DNA from: Takakia lepidozioides
Lineage: Eukaryota; Plantae; Bryophyta
Reading direction: 5' to 3'
Assembly: GCA_030704615.1 (NCBI GenBank)
Contig: CM060733.1
Location: forward strand, 39,804,001 to 39,868,000
Length of the DNA stretch: 64,000 bases
This document shows positions 13,290-24,409 of this stretch, piece after piece. Both the position numbers and the translations under genes were made by a program. Each line of letters starts with the position of its first letter. The first letter of the stretch is position 1. The notes under the pieces were generated by a model. That model was not told where the DNA came from. It saw only the letters and a list, made by a program, of their open reading frames with translations, and searched no databases.

Positions 13290-14420
13290 GATAGAGTGTG
13301 GCCAGATTTCAGGCACAAGATTACTTATGATTCCCTGTGAATCAATAGCTACTAGCAACCTGCATGGGTAGATGGTCAACTGGAAGCTGCAGCAACAACA
13401 ACACAATAGATAAATTCAGGCACTGCTAATGAAGGCACCTTCTTCAACACATTTCACCCTGTTTTTCCCTCTTATCAGAATCGACCTTGAATTTTCATGT
13501 TGAATTCTGCAAGGTGTTGGTTGAGTAAACCTTTGATAGTTTGGAGTGACTGACTGATATTGCCAATGTGACAACAGGAAAGTATCCAGAAACAGGTAAC
13601 AGAGACAAGGAGACCAGGAGCTGTGGAATGAATACTTTTCTGACCCCAGTCAATGGTGGGACAATCGAGGCAAAAGGTAAATGCCTGTTGGATTACAGAG
13701 AGTAGCAAATGCAATTGAGCATAGGAACTAGTGTGATAAGTTGAGTTGGGTGTTTCCTAGAACAATTCTAGGCTTTCATTGTCAGTTGCTAGCAGCACAG
13801 AAAGGGTGAATGCATGATTTGTGCAGAGGCATGGATAGCTAAAGGAGCAGGGATAGAGTGTGGGTCCAGATTCATCTAAGAGGGCCAGATTTCAAGCTCC
13901 ACATTACCTGTGATTCCCTGGATCAATAGCTACCAGAAACCTGCATGGGTAGATGGTCAACTGGCAGCAGCGACACAATTGATATAATCAGGCACTGCTA
14001 ATGAAAGCATCTTCTTCATTACATTTCCCTCTTATTAGAATCGGCCCTAACTTTCCATGTTGAATTTTGCAAGTTAGCTAGTTGAGTGAATCTAGTTTGG
14101 AGTGACTTTGACATGATACTGCCGATGTGACAACAGGAAAGTATCCAGAACTAGGTAACAGAGACGAGGACAAGCTGTGGAATGAATACTTTTCTGACCC
14201 CAGTCAATGGTGGGACAATCGAGGCAAGAAGGTGAATGCTTGTTGGATTATAGAGAGTAGCAGATGCAATTGAGCATAGGAACTAGTGTGATAAGTTGAG
14301 TTGGGTGTTTCCTAGAACAAATCTAGGCTGTCATCGTCAGCTGCTAGCAGCAAGGCAAGGATGTATGCTTGATTTGTGCAAAGGCATGGATAGTGGAAGG
14401 AGCAGGGATATAGTGTGGGT
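13290..14420 (+). pseudogene. Two tandem copies of the OSB-type PDF motif exon/intron module
   Basis: PDFRHKITYDSL.INSY..PAWVDGQL and LWNEYFSDPSQWWDNRGKK|gt repeated with a ~540 bp period. Confidence 0.75.
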
Positions 14421-15799
14421 CCAGACTCAGGTGTTTCCGCCTTGGCAGGTTGCTCAGTGACCTTCCCTGATAGCTTTGGAGTATAGTGAGTGTCTCACAA
14501 TGCAATGTTGGTTGGTGCATCTTATGCAGGAACTTGGAAAACAAACAAATGTCGTTATTTGGAGCTTTAAGGCTGAACCTCTGTGTTGGGCTGCATTGTG
14601 CAGCCTGGCCTCTGCCTCAGACTCAGACTCAGATCTTTGATCTCAGACTCAGACTTTCAGACTCTTTGATGTCAGACTGAAGTGTATTTGGGCACTGAAG
14701 CACTTATATAATTTTGAATTATCGTTGCATCTGCTCATTCTATCTGTTGTTCTGGCCATGCTTAGTCAGTTCTTCATGTCATGAGCAGGTTGTTGCCGTG
14801 ATGCTTTGGAATTGTGTTTAGGTGTCTTTAGATCGTGATACTGACCACAAGCAACCTATGGTGAACTGTGGTATCCTCCACATTTATGTGGAATGTCCTA
14901 CAACGTAGGTCGTAGTATATTTCACACCCGCTATGGTCTTCTCCACAGTTATGTGGAATGACCTACAATATAGGCAGTAAAATACTCCACACCCATACCA
15001 AGAGTTGCTCCAAAATACGCCACATGTTGCCTTGACAAAAATACAGTGGTGCCCATACCGTTGCCCAGATGTCGTCAAGCCATGGTGACAGGCTGTCGCA
15101 TAATTTTCCCGTAGGTGTGGACAAGTCCACACCCTTTGTACGTCTAGGATCCATGTGGCGGTGTTCGCCAAAGCACACATCGCCCGTGGAAAAAGCCATT
15201 CACCCCGTGAAAAAAACCACCTCTGGATTCAGCCACCCGTGGACTTTTCCACATGCCATCCATGGGGTGTCCGAAAGCACTAGTTGTTTCTTACACCCAC
15301 GACAGGTGTGGATTGCGGCTGATTCCACAGCAAAAAGTGTGGAAAAAGCCGTGGAAAAAGCCGGTTTCTCTTCTAGTGAATGGCACAGAAGAACGAGTTG
15401 TCTTAGTGGATGTTCTTTATTGTCCGGGACTCAAGAGAAATCTCTTCTCTATACTCCGAGCTGTCTCTAAACCAGGTATTGCAATTACCTATACAAGCAC
15501 AAATGTCTATTTTCATCAACACAGTCAGATCGTTCTTAGTGGTTATTTGCATGGAGGTCTATGGAAACTCAACTTTGTTACCATTACTGCAACGATGAGC
15601 CATCTTGTTATAGAAGTAGGAGTCCTTCCCAATTCTGACATTGTACAGAATCTAAAGCTTTGGCATCATCGCCTGGGTCATCTTAATCATGGCATGATAA
15701 AACAGATGGTCAATGAGCACTTAGTAGAAGGGATTAAGATTACAGATCCAAGTTCCATCATAGAGGTTTGTCATGGTTGTGTCTACGGCAAGCAGCATA

Positions 15800-16510
15800 C
15801 ACTAGAGCAAAAATGCGGAATAACCACTCTGGCAACCACTCATTTTGAGTGGGAAAAGACACCCAACCACTCTGGCCCCAGTGTGGTCTAAAACCAGTGG
15901 ATCTTGACTCAGCAATGGTTAAAGACTTGACGTGTCCGAAGTGGTTAACGACAGTGGTTACGATCACTTGCCTCCGAGTCCAGCTGTTTGCTTACGTGTC
16001 ACAGTGGTAAGCCAGGTCACATCTGACGTGTCACAGTGGCAAACTAACCACTTCAGAACATAGTGATTCCAACCACTTCCACCGTATGCGACGTGGACGC
16101 ATCAACTCCGTCGATCATACTTAGCAATGGACGGACACGTGTCCATATCCATATGGACACGTGGATGAATCCGGTTGCACGGTTATGTTGACCACGATCT
16201 GAACACGTGGCGATATTGCAAATTAGCACGTGCCTTATTTTAGGGATGCGCTGAAAAATGCAATGACTACACAAACAACTCTGTGAGTGAGCATTGAATA
16301 ACAAGAATAGTCATGAAACGAGAATAAACAATATATATTATCACTTATTGAGTGGTTCTACCAGTATTGCAATAGTTGTTAGGATGTGTGGTAAAACCAC
16401 TGTCTGAGTGGTTCTAACAGTATTGAGGTAGTGGTTAGGTTGTGTGCTAAGACCACCTACTTAGTGGTTGTAGCATTACTGCAGTAGTGGTTACTTTGTG
16501 TGCTAAAACC
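15800..16510 (+). mobile_element. CACTA terminus with subterminal repeats
   Basis: CACTAGAGCAAAAATGCGG cuts the Copia ORF at GKQH; many ACCACT/AGTGGT subterminal motifs follow; partner end not found. Confidence 0.7.
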
Positions 16511-16519
16511 ACGGACTGT

Positions 16520-17602
16520 ACCTTCTTCTTTGACCTATTGCAGCCTGTTTTGCCCTCTCATCAGACTCAGCCGTGAATGCATGTAAAACCCTAAAGTTAG
16601 CTGGTTGGGTGGTGGTGAGGACACCTTCTTCTTTAACCTATTGCAACCTGTTTTGCCCTGTCATCAAACTTGTCCCTTAATGCATGTTGAATTCTGTAAG
16701 TTAGCTGGTTGGGTGGTGGTGAGGGCACCTTCTTCTTCAACCTATTGCAACCTGTTTTGCCCTCTCATCAGACTCGGTTGTGAACGCATGATGAATTCTG
16801 AAGCTAGGTGGTTGGGTGGTGGTGAATGCACCTTCTTCTTTGACCTATAGCAGCCTGTTTTGCCCTCTCGACCCTGAATGCATGTTGAATTTTCTGAAAG
16901 TTAGCATTCTAGGTGGTGGTGAGGGCACCTTCTTCTTTGACGTACTATTGCCTGTTTTTCCCTCTCATCAGACTCAGCCTTGAGTGCATGTTGAATTCTG
17001 TAAGTTAGCAGGTTGGGTGGTGGTGGGGGCAGCTTCTTCTTTGACCTATTGCAGCCTATTTTGCCCTCTCATCAGATTCGGCCCTGAATGCATGTTGCCA
17101 TTCTGAAGTTAGCTAGTTCCGTGGTGGTGAGGGCACCTTATTCCTTGACCTATTGTTGCATGGTTTGCCCTCTCATCAGACTCAGCCCTGAATGCATGTT
17201 AAACCCTAAAGTTAGATGGTTGGGTGGTGGTGAGGGCACCTTCTTCTTTGACATATTCGCGTTATGTTTTGCCCTATCATCAAACTCGGCCCTGTCAAAT
17301 GCATGTTGAATTCTGTTAGCTGGCTAGGTGGTGGTGAGGGCACCTTCTTCATTGACATATTGAAGCCTGTCTTGCCCTGTCATCAAACTCGGCCCTGAAT
17401 GCATGTTGAATTCTGTAAGTTAGCTGGTTGGGGTGTGGTACCTTCTTCCTTGACGTATTGCAGCATGTTTTGCCCTATCATCAGACTCGGCCCTGAATGC
17501 ATGTTGAATTCTATAAGGTAGCTGGCTGGGTGGTGGTGAGGGCACCTTCTTCTTCTACCTATTGCCGCATGTTTTGCCCTGTCATGAGACTCGGCCCTGA
17601 AT
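16520..17602 (+). repeat. ~103-bp minisatellite, about 11 copies, derived from the PDF-gene exon
   Basis: Unit approximately GAGGGCACCTTCTTCTTTGACCTATTGCAGCCTGTTTTGCCCTCTCATCAGACTCGGCCCTGAATGCATGTTGAATTCTGTAAGTTAGCTGGTTGGGTGGTGGT. Related copies at 18390, 24290, 28370-28540 (minus) and 53980. Confidence 0.9.
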
Positions 17603-18030
17603 CACTACAAGAGATGAGCGTTTTTAGGACTACGGCTTTGGCGGAGTCATAAAAACTGCACTAGGTAGATGACTACAGAGCGCTGAAATGCATTGCAGTC
17701 ATAGTTTTATGACTTTGTAGTAATGGATATCACTACATGACTCCGGAAAGTTAGGGAGCATTGGTCAAACATTGTTGACCATGATGACAGGGATGGTTTA
17801 TATTACTAGTGTGATATGTTTGACTATACGTGGACGACGTTTCATGGAATCTTATGACTCCATGACTGAAGATGGTTTCACAGCTCTATTTATACGACTA
17901 CATCACTACACGTGTCATTTTGAAGGCACATATAATGCAAATAAGGTTGCCCAATAGGTTTAAAAAAGTAAAAAAATTGCTAATGAGGTTGCCCATTAGG
18001 GTAATCATGAACAGAAATGAGGGCTGGGAC
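17603..18030 (+). mobile_element. CACTA terminus (CACTACAAGAGATGAGCG)
   Basis: TIR followed by ATGACT-type subterminal repeats; preceded by AAT. Confidence 0.8.
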
Positions 18031-18197
18031 TTGGCATTTTTTTGTCTCCTGCGCCACACCACATAGCCGAGGGATGGAACGTGATGATAGCAGGATATGC
18101 AGGGGCGTGGGATGGAGTGGGATGGAGGCGTTGAGCAAATGATGCACGAAGGAGAAGAGGAGGAGGAGACGAGACGAGGAGAAGCGAGCTCGCTGTT

Positions 18198-21100
18198 CTT
18201 GGGAGAGTCAGCTTGGTCTTAGCAGGCGTGTTTCAATCTCTGACTACTCAGCTACGATGTAGTGGTTCGATCTCACAGACCATTCCGACATTACCTGGCT
18301 ACAGACACAAGCAGCACACACAAGAGGTCCTTTTAGGTTGATGGTCGGTCAAATCCTCCATGGATCAGGACAGGTCAAGGACAATGTGGTAGGGCACCTT
18401 CTTCTTCAACCTATTTCAGCTTGTGTTGCCCTCTCATCAGACTCGGCCGCAAGATGCATATTGAATTTTGTAAGTTAGGTCGTTGGGTAGATCTGTGGTG
18501 GTTTGGAGGGACTTTGGCAAGTTACTGCCAGTGTGGCAGCAGGGAAGTATCCAAAAACATATAATAGAGGTGAGGAGAAGCTTTGGGGTGAACACTTTCC
18601 GACTCCAGTCAATGGTGGGACAATGGAGACAAAAAGGCGAATGCCTGTTGGACTATAGAGAGAAGCAGATGCATTTCAGATTGTGATAAGTAGGGTTGGG
18701 GTGTTTTGGGGAAGAACTCCACACCAGTATGGTTGGGGTGTTTGCTGGTAGAATTCTAGGCTGTCAGAGGCATGGATAGCTGAAGGAGCAGGGATAGAGT
18801 GTGGGTCTAGATTCATCCAAGAGGGCTGGATTTCAAGCTCCACATTACCTATGATTCCCTGTGGAAGGATAGCTACAAGAAACTTACATGGGTAGATGGT
18901 CAACTGGAAGCCGCAGCAGCAGCGGCACAATTGATAAGGTCAGGCATTTCTACTGAAGGCACCTCCTTCAACACATTTCACCCTGTTTTTCCCTCTTATC
19001 CGTTTCTTGTGAGCTGTCTTCTCTTATCTGTTTGTCTGCCCAGTCTTCAGTGAATGCGTCAAGGCTTTGTGTTTTGGCTTCTTCCTCACTTTTGTCACCC
19101 TCTCCCATGAATATCTTTGGTTGGCGCTCAAACCCTGCTGAGATGTAGATGTTGTCCATGCCAATGCATTCTTCTTCACCAAATCCATGTTTTTGCCCTA
19201 AATCCTTGATGTCTTGGCTGGATTTCTGCAGAATAGGCATCCCATCCCCTATTTTGGCCTTCTTTGCACTTTCCCGTGTCAACATGTTGATGTGGGGTGT
19301 TGTTGTAGTCTTATTGGAGTGTGATCACTTATATGGTATATCTCGTCCAACTCATCCAGTGCCTCCAGCTCATTATGAGTGAACTGACATGATACTTGTG
19401 CTGTTGGTTGCATCATGTACTCCGTGCTTGGCAGGGTAAGCTTCTCCTCCTTCCACGTACTCATTGATCACTGCAAAAGGTACTCCATACATCTTCCCTT
19501 GAGGTCCTGCCCTTTTTTTTGCTTCTGTGATTGTTTCAGCTTTGCTGAAAGTTTGCCAAGACCCATGTTGGGTTAATGTGTGACGACTGTGTCTCATGTT
19601 ATTACAGATTTTGCACAATGTTCTTTGTTTGGGCCTTCTGATGCCTTGTCTGATGGACTCGTTTTTGTCAAAATAACTTTATCCACTCTCTGCTTCCATG
19701 TTGTTGCTGTCAACAGCTTGTTCTTCTGCCAGCTGAACCCCGACAGGGCCTGGGTCTTCCCGTCTCCCCGCATCAGAGCATTTCCCAATGTCTGTAATGC
19801 TTCATCCTTCCTCAACTCCGCCCTCTCTTTGGCAGGGTGACACACCTTCACCACCTTTGTTTGTTTTTTATTTGCACATGGTATCTGCTTGCTTGCGTAT
19901 CCTCATTGTAGTATTGAATATGCCATTGTAGGCATTGGCCTTACAAAGCCATTTTTGTGCTCATCTGGTTTGGGTCATAGAGAACTTGGTCTGACCGCTG
20001 TCGTTGATGCATCGGAGGCACACCCATGCTGGCTTCCATTCCATCCCTCTGGGTTCTCTTCCAATCACAGAATCGGCCCTAAATTTCCATGTTGAATTCT
20101 GCAAATTAGCTGGTTGAGTGAATCTAGTTTGCAGCGAGTTTGACATGATACTGCCAATGTGACAACAGGAAAGTATGTAACAGAGATGAGGAGAAGCTGT
20201 GGAATGGATACTTTTTGACCCCAGTAACGGTGGTGAGACAATCGAAGGCAAAAAGGTGAATGTCTGTTAGATTACAGAGAGTAAGACGCAATTCAACATA
20301 GGAACTAGGGTCATAAGCTGAGTTGGGGTCTAGGCTGTTATTGTCAGCGCTAGCAGCAAGGCAGGATGAAGCATGATTTGTGCAGATGCATGGATAGCTG
20401 AAGAAGCAGGGATAGAGAGTGGGTACAGATTCTTCCAAGAGGGCCAGATTTCAAGCACAAAATTACCTATGATTCCCTGTGGATCAATAGCCACAAGAAA
20501 CCTGCATGGGTAGATGGTCAACTGAAGGCAGCAGCTGCAGCGGCACAGTTGATCAAACTTGGCACCTCAACCGTTGACCACAGCTTCTGGAAGGGATCAA
20601 GAGAGGGAGTCCACAATGTCTCTTCTGGCACTTATGGGCATGTGAAGATGCTTTGTGAGGCAGGCAGACTGATAGAGGCTCTAGAGTCTACAGACTTTAA
20701 ACCAAGGAGGCATTTAGCAGATTCAGATACGTATGTCTGTCTCTTGCATAAGTGCATCAAGGTGAAAGGCCTGGAAGCTGAAAAGCAGGTGCAAACTCAC
20801 ATTATCCAAAGTGGATTCACGCCAAAAAAAATTCTCCTCAACACCCTTGTCAACATATATGTTAAGTGCAGGAGCATCATGGATGCTCACCAAGTGTTCA
20901 ACAGAATGCCTCAATGATCTTTGATCGCGTGGAATATAATGTGTTGGGAGGATTTACCAAGCAGGGGTGTGGTAGGAAGCTTTGGAGACCTATGAGCAAA
21001 TGATGGGGGAAGGGGTGAAGCCCGACCACATCACGTTTGTGTGCGTTTGGAGTGCGTGTGCAAGCCTGGCAGCCCTGGAAAAGGGCAAAGAGGTGCATGG

Positions 21101-22130
21101 TGACATCGTCAGAGCTGGAATCGTACCAGATGGATCCTGAACATTGCCCTGGTGGACATGTATGCCAAATGTGGGAGCATCGAGGATGCAAAGGGAGTGT
21201 TCAACAATATGGCTGAACGAAATGTGGTGTCGTGGAGTGAGATGCTCGCAGGGTATACACAGCAGGGGAGCGGGATGGAGGCTTTGGAGATGTATGAGCA
21301 AATGATGTGTGAAGGGATGAGCCCGACCACATCACGTTGTGTGCGTTTGCAGTGCGTGTGCAAGCCTGGCAGCCCTGGAAAAGGGCAAGAGGTGCATGGT
21401 GACATCGTCAGAGCTGGAATCGTACCAGATGTGATCCTGAACACTGCCCTGGTGGACTTGTATGCCAAATGTGGGAGCATCGAGGATGCAAAGGGAGTGT
21501 TCAACAATATGGCTGAACGAAATGTGGTGTCGTGGAGGGGATGCTCGCAGGGTATACACAGCAGGGGCACGGGATGGAGGCTTTGGAGACGTATGAGCAA
21601 ATGATGTGCGAAAGGGATGAAGCTCGACCACATCACGTTTGTGCGCGTTTGCAGTGCGTGTGCAAGCCTGGCAGCCCTGGAAAAGGGCAAAGAGGTGCAT
21701 GGTGACATCGTCAGAGCTGGAATCATACCAGATGTGATCCTGAACACTGCCCTGGTGGACTTGTATGCCAAATGTGGGAGCATCAAGGATGCAAAGGGAG
21801 TGATCAACAATAGGGCTGAAACGAAATGTGGTGTCGTGGAGTGCGATGCTCGCAGTGAATGCACAACAGGGGCGTGGGATGGAGGCTTTGGAGATGTATG
21901 AGCAAATGATGTGCGAAGGGGTGAAGCCCGACCACATCACGGTTGGGTGCACTCGCAATGCTTGTAGCAAGCTTGGCAGCCCTGGAAAGGGCAAAGAGGT
22001 GAATGGTGACATCATCAAAGCTGGAATTGTACCAAATGTCATTCTGAACACAGCCATGGCAGCTCTGGAAACGGGCTTGCAAAGAGGTCCATGGCGACAT
22101 CATCAGGGCTGGAATTGTACCAAATGTCAT
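18198..22130 (+). pseudogene. PDF-motif plus PLS-PPR fusion pseudogene with a ~1.07 kb foreign insert at ~19001-20068
   Basis: From ~20430 one frame reads PDFKHKITYDSLWINSHKKPAWVDGQLKAAAAAAQLIKLG...LCEAGRLIEAL...TYVCLLHKCIK...NTLVNIYVKC, followed by about 4 PLS triplets with indels. Confidence 0.85.
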
Positions 22131-24240
22131 TGAGGGCTCCCGGTACAGAGCCTAAAGACACCCCTGGTTTTGAAGCCATGATGGAATTCTTCACAGCTGT
22201 GAGCACGGATTGCAAGAGCACTCGGGGGGGGGGGGGGGGGGGGGGGGGGGTGAGGTAGAGAGAGCTTGCGATATGATTCTCCTTGACATTCCAGATGGGG
22301 AGCTGCTGGAGGGCCTGGATGGTGTGCCCAACTAGAACAGGTTTACTAAGGACTACTGGAAAGCCGGGTTTGGGCAGGCGGGGATGCTCTTGGATGACGG
22401 TGGATGTGTGGTTGTCCTTGCCACAAGAGGGAAGACCACAAAGAATGCAGTGGCAAGATGGACACCGAAAAGTGTCACCCCGGTCCTCCTTAGAAAATGG
22501 TTCTGCATCAATACACAGGGGTTGCGAACAGAGGGCCAAAGTGTAAGTTATCAATCTATTGCATTCACCTCATATTGTGGTGTATCTAAACTAGATCCCG
22601 GAGTTGATCCCTCTTTGTTGGATGTGCAGACATTGGTTGAGGCATATTGCTTTGTTAAAGAGGGTCTACGTTCAAATTCCGCAACGACGGTCGTCTTGTG
22701 ATGCCGCTGTGGACCCTGTTACCTACGATGTCCTCTACAACTATGTGCCCCACTCCAGTATGCCGAAGAGACACAAAGACAGGCAAAAGTGGCGGTACAG
22801 CCGGACCCAGAGCCCTATTTCATCCAACCCTCATGGAGACGTGCTCGGATGTCCAAGGGCGGATTCTTGACCTCACATGTGGCACGGGTAAGCCTTCACG
22901 TGCTCAGTTTGTCCCTGGCCCGATTGCAATTGCATGCCGCAAGCTATTAACCGCCCGCTTTGTTCCTCAAGTGCTTCAATGTGGGCAAGGACGTTGTCCG
23001 ACAGGCATGTGTTCGCCTTCGAGCCAGATACTGCCCTCCCAACTCGGAACTTGCAGCGGCTGAACGTCTGCCCAAAGAGGAAGAGGCACCCTCGGAGGAT
23101 GAGGAAAAATCCGAGAAGGAGCAGGGGGAGGAACAAGTTGGGATCGGAGGCCGAGGAGCCCCCGGTTTACGAGTGAGTGGTCGCATTGTAAGTTGCCTCC
23201 AGATTTTGTGAGGCACCTCCCTTCGCTCTCTTATTTCATTGAAAACCCTTTCTGCTTCTGCTGGTATTGATATTCTTGAAGTGGATTTGTTCTTACTGTA
23301 GGATGCCAAGTACTGCAAGAGGACGTCTACACCGGAGTTCATGGGCACGAGGAACGTGCCTTTTTTTGCCAGGGGGGATTGGGATTTCATGCCTAGTCCA
23401 AGAAAAGGACTACATCCTTCCTACTTATGCTGCCCGGCTTGCTTCGGTGTCCATTAGGAGGTCTTCCAAACCTAGTCATGCACAACAGATTTAGACGAGG
23501 CAAGCCTCAAGAAAATGAAGATGAGGGAGGAGGCAGCAGATATAAGAGCCCGTCGGGCTCGTAGATTTGTCTTGGATTCTGCTGAGGAAAGTGGGGGAGA
23601 GAGAAGAGGCAAGAAGATTCCCAGGAGGTGAGGTGGACAGTCCCCCAGGAGACGGGACGGAATTTTTGAGAGGCCTAGTGCAACCGATGCATCACAGAGC
23701 TCGGAGGATGGGGGGGATGAGGGGGATGAGGAAGAAGGAGGGCCAAGTTCCTCGGAAGGTGTAGGAGAGTGGAGAGTAGTTCCCATTCCTGCTATGTCAG
23801 TTAGGACACGCTTGTATAGACGTGCTTGCCACAAAATTTGCAATAAAATGTTGCATTTCATTGCTATGACGAGTCCACATGACCCTATTTCTGTGCCTCC
23901 TAACCCTATTTCCGTGGACACACAATGGCCCGCTCATGCTTTTTCTTTTTTTCGCTCATGCTCATGCCGCTCATGAAATAGCAGCCCCCCAGGAGGAGTA
24001 TGTACCATCACTTGGACCAATTCTAGTTGTACATGGATACTAGGAGGAAAATCCTGAAACAAACGAGCATATGTAGCCTCGTCATGATCTGTTTCCTCAG
24101 AGTCACCATAAGAATGCTAGGATAGCCACCCCCACTTAGGAGGCTAACAAGATGGCGGTGGGATCCCTAAGACCTCTCTCTTCTCTCTCTCTCTCTCTCT
24201 CTTCCAAGGTAAGTCACATTACCTTTCCTACGAGTCTTAC
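22131..24240 (+). mobile_element. Unclassified TE-like insert (degenerate accessory ORF, poly-G, CT tract)
   Basis: Truncates the PPR array abruptly; acidic low-complexity ORF pieces; G run at ~22224-22250 and (CT)n at ~24173-24202. No catalytic motif recognised. Confidence 0.3.
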
Positions 24241-24409
24241 AAACCTAGTTTTTGACCATGTTTAATTCTGTAAGTACGTTGGCTGGGTGGTGGTGAGGGC
24301 ACCTTCTTCTTCAACCTATTGCAGCATGTTTTGCCCTCTCATCAGACTCAGCCGTGAGTGCATGTTAAACCCTAAAGTTAGCTGGTTGGTGGGTGGTGAG
24401 GGCAGAGCT

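Larger units (their letters stand above)
10435..15378. mobile_element. Complete non-autonomous CACTA element carrying PPR/PDF gene fragments
   Basis: TIRs CACTAGAAGAGAAACCGGCTTTTTCCACGG ... CCGTGGAAAAAGCCGGTTTCTCTTCTAGTG; AAT TSD on both sides; Copia protease sequence resumes across it. Confidence 0.93.
9120..15799 (+). mobile_element. Degenerate Ty1/Copia retrotransposon (PBS, gag, protease, GAG-pre-integrase), interrupted by CACTA elements
   Basis: PBS-like GGTTATGGGCC at ~9123; gag KFNGHNFQIWKYQM and LPPEYDNLITAW; zinc knuckle CNNCGKKGHWAREC; resumes at 15379 with DVLYCPGLKRNLFSI, LWHHRLGHLN and CHGCVYGKQH. Confidence 0.9.

Noticed and set aside
19001-20068. L1 ORF1-like insert (CKICNNMRH)
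   Set aside because: It is clearly an insertion in the PDF exon, but the zinc knuckle is incomplete and the family cannot be supported.
11130-22130. Functional PPR editing factors, or stops rescued by U-to-C editing
   Set aside because: Multiple frameshifts, truncations and no E/DYW domain; such editing acts on organellar transcripts and cannot repair indels.
22224-22250. Poly-G run as a functional G-quadruplex or PPT
   Set aside because: No adjacent LTR recognised and homopolymer length is unreliable.
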